The notes under the pieces were generated by a model, which saw only the letters and a program-made list of their open reading frames with translations, made no database searches and was not told the origin of the DNA. DNA of 63,997 nucleotides, the filler included, from Diploschistes diacapsis (lineage: Eukaryota): the NCBI GenBank assembly GCA_023645945.1. It is 5 parts of 5 records of this genome, joined end to end, with 100 filler letters (N's around TTAATTAATTAA, not from the genome) between each part and the next. Parts side by side here need not be neighbours in the genome. Positions count along the whole stretch, not along the records: positions 53,136 to 63,997 come from JALAIB010000877.1; 4 more parts are not named here. One strand, 5' to 3'. A program made the translations under genes and the position numbers. Each line of letters begins with the position of its first letter. Position 1 is the first letter of the stretch. Positions 59,558 to 63,997 of the stretch are shown piece by piece.

Positions 59558-61271
59558 ATGGCCTTAGGATACGCTATGACTGTGATCAGACCTTCTTGCT
59601 TGCGGACCCTCTGTGGTCAAAGCATTCTTGTTAAGTGTGTGCGCTTTGCGTCTGTTGCCAGGAGCAATCAAAAGGATGAGAGGGAAAAGGTCGTCATTCT
59701 GGGATCGGGGTGGGCAGGTTTGTTTATTACTTAATATGTTCTATGCAGGATTGAAGTTACCAGGCTTTACTCTATCACGAAGGCTTTCACCCAAGAAATA
59801 TAAGGTCACCGTTATTTCTCCCCGCAGCTACTTTGCTTTTACACCGCTTCTGAATAGTACCGCTTCCGGGACATTGGAATTCCGTGCGGCCATTGAGCCT
59901 GTCAGACACAAGCGGTTACCTCATATCGAGTTCCTTCAAGGTTGGGCGGACGGGCTTGACTTATGGAGAAAGACCGTAATGGTCGAGGAGAATGTAGCTG
60001 GCACAGGCCGTGAGATGACCGCCGTCGGAGATGGGCGTGTTGATGGTAGTGGCAAGATCCAGGAGCAGCGTCGAGAGAAGCAAATCGAGAAGAAAGGAGA
60101 GATACTGGAGGTACAGTACGATAAGCTGGTCATTGCTGTCGGTTGTTATAGCAATACATTTGGCACCAAAGGTGTGAAAGAGAATGCCTTTTTTTTAAAG
60201 GATGTTGGTGGAGCGCGAGCGATTCGAAAGCGTATCTTGGAATGCTTCGAGGTGGCTTCTCTTCCCAATACTCTTCCCGAGTTCAGGAAACAACTTCTCC
60301 ACTTTGCTGTTGTTGGAGGAGGTCCGACTGGAATGGAATTTGCTGCAGAGCTCAGCGATTTTATAAGTCAGGATTTGATCCACTTCTATCCTGATGTAGA
60401 GGACTTTGTCAAAATCACAGTGTATGATGTTGCCGAGCGGGTCCTAAGCATGTTTGACAAGCAATTGGTGGACTTTGCTATGAAAACGTATTCTAGGGAA
60501 GGCATCGAGATCAGGACGAGCCATCATGTCGAGGAACTACGCCGTGGTTTACCTAAAGCTGTGGTAGACCAGCATCCGGAAATAGGCGATTTTCAAGGCT
60601 GTTTCACGCTGAAGACAAAGGAAGACGGAGAGACAGGTGTCGGCATGTGTCTTTGGAGCACGGGGAACATGATGAACCCGTTCATTCAGCGAGTCGATAA
60701 CGTCTCATCTCTCCCCAACGACGCAATCCTTAAAAGCAAGAATCGAGACATTGAAGATGGATGGCATATTAAAAAGAGTCCCAAGTCCGGAGCACTTTTA
60801 GTGGACTCTCATCTTCGACTACAACTAACAGCGGGCCCCAACCAAGAGTCGCAAGCAATACTACCCTCGGTGTTTGCTTTCGGGGATAATGCGCAGCTGG
60901 AGCATGCAAGTCTTCCTGTGACGGCTCAAACGGCAAATCAACAAGCTATATGGCTTGGAAAGCGGCTCAACATGAATGATTTCGACAAGGTGTCTGGCTT
61001 TACGTTTAAGAATATGGGAATCATGACGTATCTTGGCTCTGCAGAGGGACTCCTGCAAAGAGATGCTGGTCCCGGTAAGAGCATTCGGGGTCGGACAGCA
61101 TGGTTGATATGGCGCGGAGCATATCTCACGATGTCCGTGAGCTGGAGAAATAAGATCTTGATCCCAATTTATTGGTGAGTATTTTCGAAGCACTGGTAAT
61201 CTTCTATTATCCGACTGACCTTCTTAAGGTTCTTGACTTGGGCGTTTGGACGGGATGTTTCCCGCTTTTGA
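59558..61271 (+). CDS. Type II (alternative) NADH:ubiquinone oxidoreductase, 3 exons
   Basis: Presequence from ATG 59558, VVILGSGWAG across intron 59718-59763, FTPLLNS, YDKLVIAVG, VVGGGPTGMEFAAEL, FAFGDNA, TAQTANQQ, WLIWRGAYL; last exon WFLTWAFGRDVSRF*. Confidence 0.93.
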
Positions 61272-63412
61272 TGTTTACCATGTACTTTGGATGTGCGAAA
61301 AGGCTACGGGTTGTATATCAACTCATAAGTAGCAGGATTGTATCTACACCATTATGTTTCGTTGAATCCTCACCAACTATCTATAATATCTTCGCCAGTC
61401 AGATTTGGCTTGACTTGTTTACCGTCTGGCCATCCTATCAGCTTTCGGTACAGGATGCCCCTTTCTGGACGTCGAAGTCCAAGTCCATCGTTGGTGGTGT
61501 CTCAAGCTTGTTCTCCGCCTACGCAAGATAGCGATAGCCTTGCAAAGAATCAGTCCTGACTGCATTACGGAGAAGAGCAGTCTTGTTGAGTTCACCTTGG
61601 ATACTTCATGACTTCATTTTCAGGAATATTGAAAGACTTGCCAGGATAGACAAGGTCCATCCTATCTTTGTCAAAGAGCAAGCATATACCCCATCTGCCC
61701 TGTCGCTTCTCTAGGAAGAAGTAGAAACGGCAATCTGCTTCGTTATCTACCCAATCCCGTCAAAGGTGAAGCGGCAAGTAATTGTCGTTTCATCATATTC
61801 ACTTGCGACGCCATTAGTCTGGTCGTGCTGATCAAACGATCAAACGAATGAGGACCATAGCGTACAGTGCGGTCACCCTGGGCATCTACGGTATGACCTA
61901 GCAAGCTATCATTGCGCGGCAAAGTCCACCTACTGCACAATCCTACCGGTTACTCGATGCAATATGTACATATAAGTGGTCTCCTTGGCGAACGCCTGGA
62001 AGGAGCGAATCAGTCCAATCACTGACAAGGAAACAGACATACTATACCGCCTTCGACGCCTCAACGAACTCATCAATGCCACCCTGTTTCCAACTCGTTG
62101 CTATGTATGCATCATCAAAGAACTATTCGCTAGAATCAGCACATTCTTCAGCACAGAAAAGTCAGCGATTCAAACTAGAGATCGAAAGTTGATCCACTCC
62201 GATCCATCCCGACACAACGGCCATCCCTCACACAGCTCCCAGATCTTCATTCGATCCAGTAGCTGAGCGTCACTCTGCGAGTCAGCATCGTTTCTATGGG
62301 CGTGCTCTGGCCATATATCGAGTGGGGGCTGGGCAACGGGGTAGAGGTCTGGAGTTCCTGGGCCGGCGCAGGGTTAGATTTTTCGTGCTGCTACATTGTG
62401 TAAAGTATAGCTTGGTCGGAAGGAAGCTTGAGTTAACTGATGGATCTCAGGGTTAGGCAAAGGGAACGGGGTGGAGGGAGGGCGGCACCGCGGGAGAGGA
62501 TGAAGAGACGGGGTTTTGTTACGACTCGTCTTAAATTCAGGAACACGGCTGTACGCTGAGTCGCACAATATAAACTATTTCTGGAACCATAACAATGTTT
62601 CACATTCAATCAAATAGAAAGTATGTCTCGAGCTATCACTCTTGCGTGGAACTCGATATTGTCGTTTCATCATATTGATGCGCGTTCTGATTAAACGGTG
62701 CGAATACAATGATAGCCATCCGCATAGAGCCGAGTGGAGCATACACGTGATTATCTTCATGGCGATCTCACTCACAGTAACTGCGACAATTTCGCCAATT
62801 AGAAGGAGTCAGACAACGCTAATAGAAGCGCATACAGACCACCATTGGAATAGTTATAGATCAATGCGCCCTTTGTAAGGGTTACGCGATATTCATTCTC
62901 TAGTTATGCGAGGGGAGGAGAGCAGCGGGATCGATAATCTCAAAAAGGAAGGGTATCGGAAATCAAGGCGATATCTTTCAACCTTGCTCTGAAAGACAAG
63001 ATATCTCTTTAGAACAAGGATATAAAGTAACTGCAGGAGCCGCGCAGTAAGCGAACAACTACCTTCACAATCACCTGAAAACAGATATATCCAAACGCCT
63101 TGTGTGCCGGCTATCTTCCAAGAGCTTGAGCAGAATCAAGTCCGGCCTCTATGTCTCCAGGACCAAATGAGGACTGAAGATTCTTAGATCATATGCACAA
63201 GATCAACCACCAAGCTGCTCCCTGCTTCGGGTTAGCATCTTACTCGACCCGTGACAAAAGTGTGACCCACGATTCTTTCACGATACTCAGATGCGATGTC
63301 CCTGAAGGTACCTAGACGAGTCCGGTTATCAGCACGCCCGTCCCATCTCGAAGAACCTTTCCAGCTCTTTCTCCCAACCCACATCATCCCAATCAAGTAC
63401 CCCACAGAGGGC

Positions 63413-63997
63413 CTAACTCACCTTCTTCTCCTCCTCCTCCTTCTCCTGTTCCTTCTCCCCCTGCTCCTCCTCCACCCCGTCCTTCTCCTTCTTCCCTTTC
63501 CCCTCCCTCTCCCCTTCCTCATCCTTCGCACACCCACAATCATAAAAGTCCCCAATCTTACTGCAATCAAACTCTTTCTTCCCCAAGCTCCTATTAACCT
63601 CATTATGCACATGGCACGCCCACACCGCCGCCACGCTCCGCGTCGCCACCTGCGGCGGAAACTTCTCCAGGATGCGCCTGAAATGCCCCGCGCACTCGCC
63701 GCACGGATACAGGCGCGCAAACAGGTGCACGTAGCTGAACAGCGCCGTGCGCTCGTCCGTGGTCGGCGCGTCCGGGAAGCGCGCCATCGTCGTGTGCAGC
63801 AGCTTCCACGCCGCGCGGCCCAGCTCGGCTTTGAGCGTCTCGTTGCCGAGTTTCGGCATGATGGCGCTGCCGGAGAGGGTGGATTCGGAGACGGAGACGT
63901 GGTGGATCGGGGTTTGGGCGTAGGCGAGCGGCGGGTCGTCGGGGTTGTTGTTATTGTTGTTGTTGTTGTTGTTAGGGGTGGGCGCGGTGTTTTGGGG
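63413..63997 (-). CDS. ERV2: FAD-linked sulfhydryl oxidase Erv2, 5' truncated at window end
   Basis: KAELGRAAWKLLHT, YPCGECAGHF, WACHVHNEVNRSLGK, C-terminal DCGC; poly-Asn (AAC)n upstream and acidic tail. Confidence 0.92.
   Translation of the reverse strand, partial: PQNTAPTPNNNNNNNNNNPDDPPLAYAQTPIHHVSVSESTLSGSAIMPKLGNETLKAELGRAAWKLLHTTMARFPDAPTTDERTALFSYVHLFARLYPCGECAGHFRRILEKFPPQVATRSVAAVWACHVHNEVNRSLGKKEFDCSKIGDFYDCGCAKDEEGEREGKGKKEKDGVEEEQGEKEQEKEEEEKKVS

Noticed and set aside
61300..63400. Gene between NADH dehydrogenase and ERV2
   Set aside because: Short ORFs only; no consistent exon chain or family motif.

Overview
Eukaryotic, intron-containing DNA from a filamentous ascomycete (Pezizomycotina-type genes, GT-AG introns with CTAAC/CTGAC branch points). 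The window is not one locus: it is five contigs (13200, 13199, 13187, 13149 and at least 10862 bp, i.e. apparently sorted by length) joined by identical 100-bp N44-TTAATTAATTAA-N44 spacers, so synteny across spacers is meaningless. Contig 1: DUF1275 membrane protein divergently paired with oxaloacetate acetylhydrolase (a candidate oxalate synthesis/export module with clustered PacC-type sites), a SAM methyltransferase, a decayed NTase-like/ankyrin gene, a Ser/Pro-rich protein, SDH assembly factor 3. Contig 2: housekeeping genes UGGT, TMA16, MAM33, TPS1 plus small repeat relics. Contig 3: accessory-looking region with a Zn2Cys6-type TF fragment, two intronless PD-(D/E)XK-like nuclease genes, ankyrin and SDR pseudogenes and two membrane proteins. 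Contig 4: Nta1-like amidase (frameshifted), ribosomal protein L41 (missed by the ORF track), a secreted LYARD-repeat precursor, an LTR-like/tRNA-derived SINE-like/MITE-like nest, a GH5 exo-1,3-beta-glucanase and a Cbf1-like bHLH gene with a GC-AG intron. Contig 5: a degenerate ~135-bp tandem array, hypothetical genes, a branched-chain aminotransferase, a type II NADH dehydrogenase and an Erv2-like sulfhydryl oxidase. All calls come from reading the sequence and recalled family motifs; no searches were run.
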